A stretch of 64,000 nt of DNA from Trichoplax adhaerens (taxonomy: Eukaryota; Animalia; Placozoa), in contig NW_002060977.1 of assembly GCF_000150275.1 (NCBI RefSeq), positions 5,235-69,234 of the forward strand, given 5' to 3'. The notes under the pieces were generated by a model. That model was not told the DNA's origin. It searched no databases and saw only the letters and a program-made list of their open reading frames with translations. A program made the translations under genes and the position numbers. Numbering within the stretch: position 1 is the stretch's first letter; every line of letters starts with the position of its first letter. Shown here piece by piece: positions 13,005-27,800 of this stretch.

Positions 13005-15850
13005 CTGAAATAATAAGCAATAAGTTCTTTAAAACTTTTTAGCGTTAATCAATTTTCATTGCTACCCTAACTTAGAAGATGAATAACAGAAAATTTGTTT
13101 AGAGTAGTAGACAAATCTGTTCGATATACTTTTAACCAAATTGTATTATTCGCAATTGAGATCATTAGCATATCATAATTAGTGGTTGGATATAAACAAA
13201 ATATAATGATGGGCACTATCGAATCATTGCTCCTGATGGTTTAGCCTGAATCATTTATGTGTAAGACCAATTATTAAAAGTGCTATCGATTTAGTTAAGC
13301 TCTTGTTATCTGCAACATATTTTAAACATACTTTCATAAACACAGTCCACATTAAGTCCAGGTAGGTTGATTAATAACCGTGATAGATTTTAATGAAGCA
13401 AAATAGTAACTGGACATTTATTATCCCATTTCCCCCGTAAAAATTTCTAAATAAGTAAGAGAAAAAGAGATGGACAATTTGTCCGTTTAAGGTGATTATA
13501 CTATAATTTATACCGTTCCCTCACAGTTATACAATTATTATATGTTCATACTGTACAGGATTTTTTACTGAAGCACAGTTTTACCAAATTGGGTACAGGC
13601 ATTAATGCTCGTATGTATGTGGTTCATTAACATTTTGAAAATTTTGAAAAAGTCGTCGACAATTATTACTCGATTACGATCAGTGTAAAAGATTATTGAC
13701 AAATCATAAACTTTCTCTTCTTGTATATAAATTGTAATAAATTCTAACAAATTCTAAAAATAGTTGAAACTTTTAACGAAAATACATAATGCTAACAAAA
13801 ACGCTATTTAGAATGTTTGAAAATAAAATTCTATTCTAATTTGACTGTGCAACAAAGATTACAACAGTCAAGGCTAATTACTTTTTATCCACTTTCTTTT
13901 TAAGATTTTGAAGGTATAAAAGACTTTATGTCTTAATTGAAGAAGTTAAAATCGGAAGTATTATTTTACCTTATTCTAAGAAATCGTATTTGCTTCATGC
14001 TATCAATACGATGAAAACGTATTTTCGACAAAATATTGCCCATTAAACCATGACTGCCGTGATCTAATTAATTATTAATGGCATCATTTGAAGTAAAGAC
14101 TGAATCTCATTAAGCTTTTCTACGTAACAAATCATAATAATAATGCAAGTAAGCACATCCAGTAAATGAAAGAATAGATGAATAATATCTCTGCGGTATC
14201 GTAGAATACTTCTATTTAGTAGCAACTAAAATTTCTTGCAGGGTATATAAACTAAGGTCAGGTAAGTGGCATAAATCTATAAATTAGTCGATAATTGGTG
14301 CCCAGTATCAGTTGTTATTTTAACCAACTCAATAATTAAAACAGATCATTTTTTGATGATAACTTAATTAATGACTATTGTGCCTTTATTGTACGAAATA
14401 TTAAGAAAATTTTTCACAATTCTTGCAAATTAGCACATAGAATAAAATCTTTTCGACATAATTTTAATATGCAGTCTAGAAAAGAAGTAATTTATTAAAT
14501 AGTTTACTACTCCAAGACTAGTTAATTTATAAATTGATTACATCTATCGTAAATTATCCTTAGGTAGTATGTAATGGCTTTACCCATTCTATGAATTCGA
14601 TAATAAGAAACGTCTATTTTGCTTACAGAAAAAAATTTATTTCTGACAATGATTGCCCTTCCTGTCTAATTAATTAATGGTATTTTGTTTTATTTCTTGA
14701 TCTTTAGTCGCACCGTTGATAAAAATATGGTAAAGTAATATTAAGATAAGGTTCGTCGAACTTGATTTAATCCAAAACTGTTCAATATTTTAGCAGATAT
14801 TGAGAAACAATTTTAATTAAAATCATATGGAATTTGCTTTTCTATGAGCAATATTGAACCTTAACAAAGGCAGCCTTCCGTCTTACATTTAAGGCATGGC
14901 CCTTCAATCAATTGTCTTTTGATGTATAACATTAAAATTAAAGTCATATTAACGCTAGATATCGATACTCATTAATAAAATTTTCATTATTTTAAGAGTT
15001 GCAAGACAAATTTAACGCTATATGAAACTTTCCAACCAGGTAAAAATTTAATTCTCGTTCTCTCCTTCTTTGATGGGTGTATGCTGCTAAAAGCATTCTT
15101 TTCATTTCGTTAATATTGTAAAATTAGCGAAGGCGAAATTATTGTTAGAGTGGGAATAGAATCTTACAATAGCTACTATAGTACTGTAGAAACTAATTTC
15201 AATTATTCATTCCTCTCTGTCATAGCTAATTTTAACTAGCAGGTTCAACTTTATTTTACTGATCTTGATGAACTAGTAAATCACAACAGATTGATCTACA
15301 GATATTGGATAGGGCTTACATAAAAAAGCTAATTTTCTTTCTTATTAACTTAATATCAGTTATCACTCATTTAATGCTTTATAGGTAAGGTAGGCTATAA
15401 ATAAAGTATTAATAAGTGCTATGTATTGACCTGATGAAGTTGCAGTGATCGCCTTGGTGTTAATTGAAAAGTTATTTTTTAATTCACATTTAATAGTAAA
15501 GCTATTGATCTCACGTTAACCTCGAAAAGGTAATGTATGAAAAGCTCTTGATTTATTATTAGATATCGAATAACTAATGAGTTCATTTCAATAGCTTCTT
15601 GTCTTCGTTATTACCTGCACTAGACAACGATTTCTGTCAATAAGTAATTAAAATAAATAATACATGAAACTAGATAATTTGTGATCTATAAGTGGTGTCT
15701 TAATTGTTTATTACAGACTTTCTTCGAATTACGATAAAGAATCAAAATACATTTCATTATTTGATAGGAGCACCAGGAACCATTGAATTTTATTGGAAAA
15801 TTTAAGTGGATAACATTTTCATCAACTTTAGAAGTAGCGCAATAGAAGAA

Positions 15851-18800
15851 ATGGTGTTTAAGCAATGCATGATCATACAGCTATTCAGAAAACTTCTCCT
15901 AATTTTCATGCTTCTACATTGCTTAGGTTAGTCTTGAATTTATTGGCATGTAAAATATTATACAGCGTGCATGGAACTATTGTGAGGTCTTTCGTTAGTC
16001 ATATTTAATGAAAGATTAGTTTTTAATTCTGCAAACGCTATCTATAACAAGCGTACTATAAATGTAGATTACCGCAATCTCAGCACAATCACGTTATTTG
16101 TAGCCTAAAAGAATATAAATCTAACGAATCAATTAGTTTCAATCTAAACAAGTAACATATTATACTTATACGTTTTTAGAGCTATCAGGAGGTTTTAGTT
16201 TGTCATGTTAGATCAAAGATTTAATATTTCCATTCTGCAAACGCTATCAATAACAAGCATACTATACATATCGATTTTATCAATATCAGCAGAATTATAT
16301 TCTTTATGACCTAAAAGAGTATTAATCTAAGTAATCAGCAAGTTTAAGAACTTTTTCTTACTGTAATCTAAGCGAGTAACAAATTAAATATTCGTATTTC
16401 AAAATAATCTCGAATCAATTTTCTTCTCAAATAAACTCGACATTACATATTACGCTATTTCAGTATCAATGATATAAATTAATGAGAAGTATCTTGATTT
16501 AAATTAGTTTTAGATAGTTGTTTATAATAGCAAAAATACAATATTTCCGTAACCATGAAACAAGGCTTGAACTTCTCACAATACCGGTAATTTAGCTCAC
16601 GAATTGAATTGGACTCACTAAATCTTAGACACCTTCGCAGCTTTTTTTCGCCCTAATTTTATTTATTCATGAAGTATGAAGATAAATTTTTTCTACTCAG
16701 TTATTATGCATCAGATAAAATCGAAACCTGCGTCAGAGAGTGATATTATAGTTTAGTATATCTTAATATTATTTAAGCAAATGGGTTAGATAGCCTACTA
16801 GTTGAGCCACATTGACGCACATTTAAATTTATATGACCTGCACTTTGATTTCAAAATCGAGTAGATGCTGGTGTCTGTAGCAACCGATGTTACCATCATT
16901 AAATGGATCTTATATCTATGATTGCTCGTCAAACGGTCTTCTTAAATTTTTGCAGCAAAGAAAAATGAAGGAGATGATTTGTAATTATAGTTAAGTAATT
17001 AATTAGCGAAACAATTGGGCTAAGTAAAATCACTACTAACAAAAATCGAAATCCTTTGTCATGATTGATGATATTCGACTAAAAGATGATTCGCATACAA
17101 AAAATTCAATTTCGAAATTGGGAAAATCATATTAGAAGAACAATCTCTACTTTTAATGAGTGCATTTTAGTTAAATTATGTAATATCAAATTTATCTTTT
17201 CGTTAATGCATTTCAGCTATAAACACGATAATACACCAAGAAAAAGAGGCAGATAAAAAAATTGCACTTTTCCAAGAAACTCATTTTTGCTTGCTAAATT
17301 ATACTCTTGGCAACTATTTTACCCAGCGAACGTAATTTAATTTTCACTAGAATCTATTCATTTGAGTCTATTTAGAATTTAAAATGCTTTAACTACAGTG
17401 AGTTAGAACGGTTTTAAGCCATTAAACACCGCTAATTAGTCAACATACAAGAATATAGAATCCCAGTAAGCTGAAAACTCTTACCTGCAGTTTGGTAAAA
17501 TATCCTGCTTTGCCTGTGTTCTCAGCTGTAGGGTCTCTTAAATTACACTTAAATCGCTATTAGCAATCAAATTCTAATAGTAATGACTCAATAAATCTCA
17601 TAATGCGAATTCATGTGCTCCAGGAGCGATTAAAAATACAGGAATGTCTACATAGCAAAGTGTTGCGTGCTTTCATAACCACACTTAACTAAAACGCTAG
17701 ATAATATACTCTAAAGCGTAGATATTTAACAAAATCTAAGGCTAGAAATGCAATTTTCAAAAATTAGTAACTCATTCGAAGGCTGATACTTTCAAAACTG
17801 AATTATCTAATATGCAATAATTTAACAAATCAGCGGGAAAACTTACAAAAGCTGGACAGATCCTATGTTACTGGAGCCTAGCGTATTAAATTACGTCTAT
17901 TTGTTGTTATTCATAGATGCCATTGCCTTGATATGAAGATATCCAACTAAAATTTTTATAGCATAAGAAATGTCTTGAAAACTGATAAATTCGTCCTGTA
18001 GTGTACAAATTTATTGCAGTAAAATAGCTTAAGACCAATTTTTTGAGATTTCACACGAACAGTTCAATTATTCAGCTACATTATAAGATTATATTTGTAG
18101 TTATTTCTAGGCGATATTCACAGTATGTTATGTACTCTTTTCTGTGGAGGTACTTATAAGTTGGTATCCAATTGCATAGAAATCGTAGGTTTTATTGTAG
18201 ATGGTTTTAAACAGTTTTAAGTTAAGGATACGTGGTCCTGGATAATTTAGTTGATAAGCCAGTTTATGTAATAAGGGGAAATTTTACTAGAAACTAAAGT
18301 GCTATAGTTATGTTTTGGGACACCTTATCGCATATAGTTTAAATAAGTTACTACACAGTATTATTCGCATATACTACTACATAAAATCTATAAATTAATT
18401 TTTCACGTAAGCATAAGTTTTAATATCATTCAATACGACGTGAATTTGTATATGCAATCGGTTCAAAATCGTTAATTTACGTACAGACAATTTGGGACTT
18501 GTTAAGGTACATTTAGGAGCGACAAGTAAAAAATAGAATTTATCTGACCTTCTTTAATTTAGATAAATTGCAGTCAGATTAAGACGCTCTTGTGATGCTG
18601 GACTTAAAATTTCTTACCTGCTGTAATGTAACTTAGTATTATGATTGTAGACTGTTAGCCATGTGTAGTATAATGTACGGTAGATATTTATCCTAAGAGA
18701 TATTTGGTAGCTGTACCTATAGACTGTAGTGGTAGAGACGCTATGCTAGAGTACAGATGACTATATACAGTAAGCTGTTGAGTTACTAATAAGGCTATAG

Positions 18801-21800
18801 GTAAAATAAAACTATAAATCATATATTAAGATATGGTTAATTCATTGTACTTTGGCTGGTGTGAATAATGTCTACGTAAGTACTGTAGTCGTATCCATAT
18901 TGGATCAATGATGGTCCGCAGTAGAATAGTCTTACTAAGAATAATTTAACTATGTGTAAAACAAGGTAAAAGGTTGCCATGCGGATTGTAGCTGCGAATG
19001 CTACGGAAAGTATAAAAGCATGCAACTTTAGATTATTCTGTTAGTTCATTCTAGGAGTCTTTAGTAGTAGTATTCGGCTAAAGTAGAGCCGTGTGTAGTT
19101 AATCTTTGTATAAAATTCAATAAAGCCCTTATTTTTCTAAAATTTGGAATTTCTTGATTGGTATATATCACACCTGCAAAAATATGAATTTAGATAGGAT
19201 GTAACAATCATAATATTTATTGTGTAATAAAAATAAGCTGAAAATTTCTTGTCGTATGCTCAAAATTAGGAGGACAGAACTGGAGACAAACTATATTAGG
19301 TGTCAAAACTTCATTTCATTCACATTTTAAGCAACCACAAACTTGGGAAAATCCAAGCTGGTGTCCAACTAGTTGTAGTTGTAGTTCAAAAATGGATCTC
19401 TACTATTACGAACAAGAGTTAAACCTTACTTGCGTTGGTAAAAATTGGTCTGAAGTCATGTCTTCTAGACTTGAATATTCGAAAATTACAAATTTGTTAG
19501 TTATAAATCTTTGTCATTTTTTGATAATGAAGGATGATCTCTTCATGATAAACTAATGGTCTTTAATGATATTATCTACCTTATTATTTTTATTTATTGA
19601 ATTTAGGGTCTTGAGTCAGGCAAACTTCTACAATGTGACTGAAGATAAATTTCTCAAATTTACAAATCTTGTCTCTCTGTAAGTAATCTTTATAAAACCC
19701 TCCCTACGTAAATTTCGTAAAGGTCGGCATTGTTCCAATAGGAATATAAAATACTCTTATATGGATAGGATCATATTCCAGTTATATGCATCTTCATATA
19801 CTCATCATCAGCCATGTTTTATCTTGCTAAACTGTTTCTAAACGATTTCGACGGTGCATACAGTGACATTGGAAAAACTAATACGGAACATATTGCATCA
19901 ACGGCGTTTTCCAATATGAAAAAATTGAGGCACTTGTGAGCTTAAAATATCGATTTCTTCTATTTTCTACACAATATTTTGATACTTATTTCAGATATAT
20001 TGTATGATAATGAGGATATGAATAGTTTAATTTTCTCTCGTAATCAAGCTTTAAATGTAATCATATCTACAGGTATGTGAAATATAATCATTTACTGAGC
20101 TGGGGCGAGGCTTTCGATAATATAGAAAACTTACAATATCTGTAGGTAGAACAATTGTTATTGATATAATACCATGAGAAGTCTTTGAGTCCGATAATTA
20201 GCTCCCATGATTTCATCGATACCGCAATCATTAAACAACTTATAATCTTTAGGGATATATCTTACAATCCTGGAATTCAATTGAAAGAAATATTTACAAA
20301 GCCACATCATTTGAATACTCTGTAAGCCTTCTTGAAATACTAAGTCGTGATTACTGATCTATGTGAGACTAATAATGTCGAAACGCAATCAATTTCTACA
20401 GCGTGAGTAAAGATATAAGTTTGCGTGAAATTTCTTCCAAGACTTTCTTGAACATTCGAAATCTGCAATTTCTGTAAGTTATAAATCTCGACTTTTTGTC
20501 TACGTAATTACTATAATTATTTTGCAACTGCTATATTATTGTCACAAATCAGCTTCGCGACAACGATAACGTAAAACAAATCTTTAAATTACTATAGTCT
20601 TTGGGATTCAGTATCCCTTAAGTACCTCACAAGAATTTAGACGCTTTTTCTTCTAAGTAGCTATGGAACTCTTCTTCTATTTAACCATCTACCGAGCTTA
20701 AATATCCTTCGGCAGCTGCTATCATGTATGAGTCATTACAGTTCATGAAATTTAGTTCATATAGGATAGCTAAATTAATACAGAAATTATTCATAATCTT
20801 AGACATGTGCTGAAGGATTCTAGATAATTAGATTACTTTATGTCCATACACAGAATTATTTATAGTATCGTCTTTAATTTGAATATCTTCTGGATATTCA
20901 TCACTAGCGTTACAAGACATAACACTATAATCAGTTAACATTAGTTACCATATGAGAACTCTTACTAAAGAACAGCATAATTTACTGTAACAAAATAGTA
21001 GTTACCGTAGTTCTTACAGTAACTTATTATTAGTTATCTCCATATATATGTTAACCACTAAATTTAGTTATTTACTCTTGACGGTAGTTATTACTATTGA
21101 TACTATATATTTTTACTTTAAAAAGGCTATCTTTGGCTAATTTAAACATTAAAAAATTAGACGTTACGATAATTTCGCAATTTTTATTGAATATTTAGGG
21201 ATATCTCTGGTAATCTTATTGAAAAAATCAATTACACTACATTTGAGGGTCTTAAAAATTTGACTTATTTGTAAGACATCTATTCGGTTTAATTTTTATC
21301 CATTTAAAAGCACATAAAATATAAAATCAAATTTCAATAAATAAAGTTAGAATTAGTTAATTTTATAACTTTTATTGAACTATCTAATTGGCACGAATTC
21401 AATTAAATATTTCAATAGCAATTCAGGAAATAATGGTATTAAATCAATTCGATAGCCAATTTTATTAACTATGATATTTCATATCATAAGGTCTTTGTCT
21501 TACAACGAAATACAGGTGATCAGCAATAAATCATTCCACCGAATGAAAAGTTTACAAACTCTGTAAGTTACTCATCAAACATAAAATATACACACTTAAA
21601 TTAGTCAAGGAATTTAAATTATTCCATTATCAGTGACATAATAGAAGAAGAAAGCAATATTATATTTTTACATTCTGAACCTGAATATCGTCAATGCTTT
21701 AATATTTTTTCTCAGTAACTTAAAAATGAATGAACTAACTGAATTAAGCAACTACGCCTTCGATGGATTGAAAAATTTGGAGTCATTGTAAGAGCCTCTC

Positions 21801-24800
21801 TAATTAGTAACGAATGCATCGATCAAAGTAGAATTTTCTATTTAAAACTTTAGCAATAGAAGTGCTTACTTGTAATATGATGAGCGGCCTTAAGGCAATA
21901 ATATTGAGTATACTTACTTACGGTATTACTATAGATACGTGGCTAAAAATCGGATTAAAACCATACAACCAGATGCATTCTCTTCATTATATAACGTATC
22001 ATTTATGTAAGTGCTGTGCATATGATTGAAATATAGCTAATATAAGTTACTTAATAATGTCATCGCTGTCCAATATTAAATTTAATGTACAGAAATTCTA
22101 ATAATATTAAGCTTAGAATGAGGATTATAGCTTATAAGAATATCTTACAGCTACTCAATTAATTTTACTAATGTTATTGCTTGGTTAGTGATTTATCTTT
22201 AAACAGGCTCAAAAATCTCTCTGATCGTACATTCTTAATTAACAAACAGCTCAAGAGACTGTAAGTAACCCCGAAAATTGTCATTTCGATGAAAAATGTT
22301 GAATACAGATGTAAGACTGTGTAATATTGTATTCTAAGTTGATGATATATTTAGTAATGTCTACCGTAGGTGTTGTGTTCAACATGTGATAGATATACTC
22401 GTTAGAAGCTTAAGTATTAAATATAGCTAGCTTAGTAGCTGTAATCCTTTTGAAGAGGAGCGCTACAGTGCTCACACTAGAGCTTCACATGAAAGGTGTA
22501 AACTAGCCTGTATTTGAGATGCTAATACTGAAGTGTGTAGTAAGTAAGGTGCTAAGACTGTAAACGCGGAAAGGTATATAAGCGAATAGTTTAGTATAGT
22601 AAGTTAATTCTTTCTCGTTAGAGGTCCTCAGCTATTTGATTACGTTGTATCTTCGTAAAGGAGGTTTTGTTCAATAAATCTTAATTTACTAAAGTTTTTG
22701 AAGATTCTTGATCTATCAACCTCACAACAGATTTATATTCTTTAAATATCTTTCTCGTTCATATAAATCTTGTATATTTACTTCCGCACATAAATACATC
22801 CGATAAATTTCAACTTCATATTATCATGTTTTAGTTTATTGGCAGTAAACTGGATCCCCAAAATCAGCTCTTCGTTATTCAAAAATTTACATCAACTGGA
22901 ATATTTGTAAGCTAAATTCATTTCATTGCGTCGCAATCCATGTTATCATTACTGCTCATTTTATGCTAGATTATGATCATTTATTAATCAATGGAAAATA
23001 ATATATAGCAATGTCATCAAAATTTGATAACAAATTACTAGATAAATAGCTAAGTTTGAAATTAATATATAATCGACGATATAGCTAGCAATCATGCACT
23101 TTAGACTAGCAGACGCGATGTATTAGCCTAGTCTAGCTTCATAATGTCAGTTTCTGCTCATAGTAGGCTTGTTGTAACTCGGAATTTCTATCCGAGTCGC
23201 AACAAAATAGTTTCTTTGTCACTTCTTTCTATATAATCAACGTAGTATTCCCGCAGCACTTCTAGCGTTTAAGATTATGGAAATCTGTCTAAAATATGCC
23301 GGCTTGCATCAATACAAATGAATATACAGAGTTGAGCTATAAGTGTTTAGAGATAATAATCCTTAAACTATTACGAAATCACCAAACCAAGTATGATATA
23401 AAACAAAGGAAATACTGATAGGTGAAGACTGCATTTTTATCCAAAAAATAATTTAAAATACTCTATAGCGGAATATAAGTTAATTTGTATAATATCGCTT
23501 CTGTCAACCAGCCAAGATTACTTTCCTTTATTTTATACTTGTTATCGAATCTTAGATCATCGTATTTTTCGAATAAAATTGATAAAGTATTTAGAATCAT
23601 ATAAAATCATCTTAATATTTGATTAAGTAGTTTTTCATTATCATAATATTACAAGACAACTTTGCAATAAGACAAGTCAATTTATAAATAATTTTAAGAA
23701 TTTTCTTTATAATCCGGTACACTGCATTTATATGCTTTTCTATAATAATTTACTAGTCCCACTTAGACTATTACATTTGAAGCGTTCCAACAAATTAGAG
23801 GCTAATTTTACCTGTTACTTACTAATGAGGATAATAGTATTGACAAAGATATCTAATGACCAATACAAAATAGCCATATTATAATATGTCCTATTACGTG
23901 ATATTCCTGTAATAATCTACCATAAGTAAGTTACCAACGTGAAATGCAATGTCATGATACTGTGACCCATACCAATATTTTGAATTTGCAATTTTATGAC
24001 TATGAACATTTTGAAATATCTACTTTTTTCCTGCATTTGCAATTTTTGTTAACCTAATCCTAAGCCTAATAATATCGCATCTGTTTTGTTAGGGATATGT
24101 CGTCAAACAAACTTAAAATCATTGAAAAAGACGCTTTTAAAGGATTATGGTCAATACAGACAATGTAAGTGTAAAGATTTCCAACTAAGGATAATGGTGG
24201 ATAATTTTATGAAAAAGATTTCTAGAAATCTAATTTATAACAGAATTATACGAGAAAATTATTTAGTTAACATCCTGGATGGTATCTTTTCACACATGAC
24301 TACACTATCAGTGCTGTACGTTTGCCTGGATAAGTTTAAAAGAATTACTTTTGCAATCTAATTTCGCAACTCAAATATTGTTTGATTTATTCATCAAATA
24401 ATTAACAAGATATTAATTTCAATTATAATGCTTTCATCGTCAGAGATTTATCCCGTAATATGATTCGTGATATTGAAGCAAGAGCTTTCAAAAATTTAAC
24501 ACAACTATCAACGCTGTAAGTCAAGAACGCATATCTAATACAGCTATTCTGTATTAAAGATAAAGTTATAGATTTATAGACTAAAATCAATGAACCAATT
24601 ACTAGGTCGTTGCTGTTAATAAGATTAAATCTTATTTTTTAGACCTAAAAATTTCGCTATCGCATATGATTATTTAAGTAGTGCTAATAAGTAACTGTAT
24701 GAAATGGGATAAGCTTATTAGCAAGTTCATTATTTTGACCATTAATATTATTGAAATAGCAATCGAATTCATATTGTTACATCTAAAAATTGATCAAGAG

Positions 24801-27800
24801 CAAATAATTAAGTAAATTCAGTTCAAAATTCTTTCCTTAGGGATTTGTCTTTTAACGACATTGAAACACTTCTCAATGACACTTTTTCCGATTTATCTGA
24901 ACTGAACGATCTGTATGATTTCCGAATTTAATAGCTGTTTAACTATCGATAGAATCTTGTGCGCGAGGCAAAATTATAGTTGAGAAATATGTATGAAGCC
25001 CTAATTTGTCCTAATGACTTTATTTTAGGATTTTACGCAACGCCCGAGTTAAAACACTTAATCCTCGGACATTTGCAGGATTGTCAAAGCTAAGAAAATT
25101 GTAATAGTATTTCGTTATTTAATATCAAATTAAAAATTGAGCAATTTTTAACGAAAGTGTATCTCATTTCTAATAATATTTATTAAATGCTAATTAATAA
25201 TGCTAATTTTCCAGGGATTTCTCCGATAACAACATTAATAAGGTTCCTCATGGTCTTTTCGAATCACTGCAAAGCTTAGAGAATCTGTATGACTTTGTTT
25301 GATTTTTTATTTTATTGATAGAACTACAAATTAAAGTAATTCAATCTTAAATATCTTTCTATTACTATATCACAGAGATTTGACCAATACCAATTTTTCA
25401 ACAGCTCCCGGCGATATTCTCCTAAATGCAGCAAATCTACAAATATTGTAAGGATCTTTAAGTGTTTTTATGGCATACAAATTTTTGCAGATATTAAGGT
25501 TATGAAATATATATTTCTAAGGCTAACCAAGAATGAACTTTTATTTTTGATCATAAGTAGATTAAGTATTATCATTACTAACATCATGTCCTAGTTCTTT
25601 AATGGTTTCAATATATGTGTCTGTATTATTAACACGACTCTAGAAATGGTGGTGGTTGTAGCTTGAGTAGACCACTACCTAATTCACTTCGAAATATGAA
25701 AGATCTTATTAAACTGTAAGAATAACAGAAAGAATCATTGTGATGATCAATTTTAGCATAGCATAGTTATGATATCGCTCTAAATAAAATTATCTAACTG
25801 TAACTACCGCTGTAGCAGAACTGCTTGTATAATAATTACTTTACTAGATTCTTGTGCCTTACAGCAGCAAATTTACATCTGTTATAGCCCTAAGAAAATT
25901 TAACACCTATTTTAAGGCTTAGCAACGAGTATTTCTATGCTGTAACAACTCAACAACATCCTTTGTCCTAAATATAAAGCAATATACTTTTACATTGATT
26001 TTCAAGTTATTGCGAAAGAATGAAAAAAAACTTAAAACTAGTCTTCATAAGGAGCCAATTCATTCCAATTGTTGCAATCAGGATTTCCGTCAAATTTAGT
26101 TCACTTAACTAAATTATTTAACATATATTAAAACTTGCCTTATATCATAACAGTAGTCGATGGTATTCAATGAATGCGTTAATTTAAATTACAGGAATCT
26201 TTGCGTTAACGAATTGTCTTCTATCCAAAATGATTCTCTGCTTGGTTTAGAAAATTTGAAGGAATTGTAAGTAAACTAGCTCGTCGCGGTGCTTACTAAA
26301 AATCGCTTGCCTGGGTAGAATATAACGAATACTGTTAGATTTCATACTTTCTACTTTATATTTTATTTTAAGATGGTTATAATCACGTTTGGAGGTCCAA
26401 AAATTTCTTAAGATTAACACATGGACAAATAACATGATAAATCTATTTGTATTCGAGTTTCTAACGCTCGAGATATTCCTACATTTAAATTAGCACATTC
26501 GTGGAATAACATATAATCACTTTGTACGGAAGGCAATAATTGCATCTTAAATTAGAACATCCGGCCAGGAATTTGACTACCTAGTCAGGATATTTTCTAT
26601 AGATAAATTATTATAATCTAAATCTCATGCTTTTAATTTAGATCCTTAGAAACAAATAGCATCCATCACATTGCACCAGCTGCCTTTAATCATTTAGCAT
26701 CGTTGGAAATTTTGTAAGTTGTGGGATATCTACAAAGACTACTCCGCATCAAATCGCAGACTGCATTTCTCAATTATTATTTCCTTATAGATTACTGAAT
26801 GGCAATCTCTTAGAAATGGATGAACTTTACTCCATTCAATTTGATGGAAAGAATTTGTAAGTAAATAGTACAATCTATATTTCCGAGATATTGCGGTTGA
26901 ACAATCTCCTTTAAGTAGTATGTAAGAGAGCGATTATAACAGAGCAAATGAATCATAAAATCTGATAATCTATTCATAGCAGTTGAGCTTAATGATCAAA
27001 AGGTATGCTAGGGAAAATAATTGCTAATTAAGTGGACATTGGCTGAATAATTTCAAATTTTGGATAGCATTTGTAATATAGCTTTGATAATTCAGCAGAC
27101 TATATCAGTTTCGTGTTCGAAAGTAATATATAGCAAGAAAAGAAAAGTGTAGGATGTTATCGTCACAAAACAGCTTTGTAATAAAATAACGTAATGTACG
27201 ATCAATAAGTCAATTCCTTGAACAACGTATCAAGGAAAGATATCTGTACTACTAGGAACTTTTTTGCTCTTTTAGCGGACTATACAAAGACTTAGACGCC
27301 TCGTATTTTACGTTAAACACTTATTTTAAGAATTAAGTTTATTGCACGATATATTGCGTTTATTTGCTCTTCCTCTATACTTCAGGAATCATAGTTAGTA
27401 CGATTAGCTTTGAAATCATTTACTGAATTAGACATTAATTTTAGCTACTGCTCTCTAATGCAGATAGCAGTATTTGCGAACATAGACACCTGATGACTAA
27501 TACAGAATAGTCAGATTACGCTACGTCCTATCACGGGATATTTCTACAATAACTTACAATAAGTAAGTTACATTCACAATGATTCGAAATTAGAAGTTAA
27601 CTATATAAGGATAGGCTAACAAAATCATCCTAACATAGATATTTCTACTCCAATACACTATATACGACTGTCACAGTAATACAAAACATAATTCCAGAGA
27701 ACGATTTCATAAACAGTACTCAGACTAAGTTTATCATAAATAAGCAATTTCGATAATATTTTATTTACTAGATACCAATCAATTTGTAGATGTAACCTTT

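Noticed and set aside
18837-19025. 62-aa hydrophobic ORF duplicated at 53485-53673
   Set aside because: Antisense within a solo LTR with TSDs; non-ATG start.
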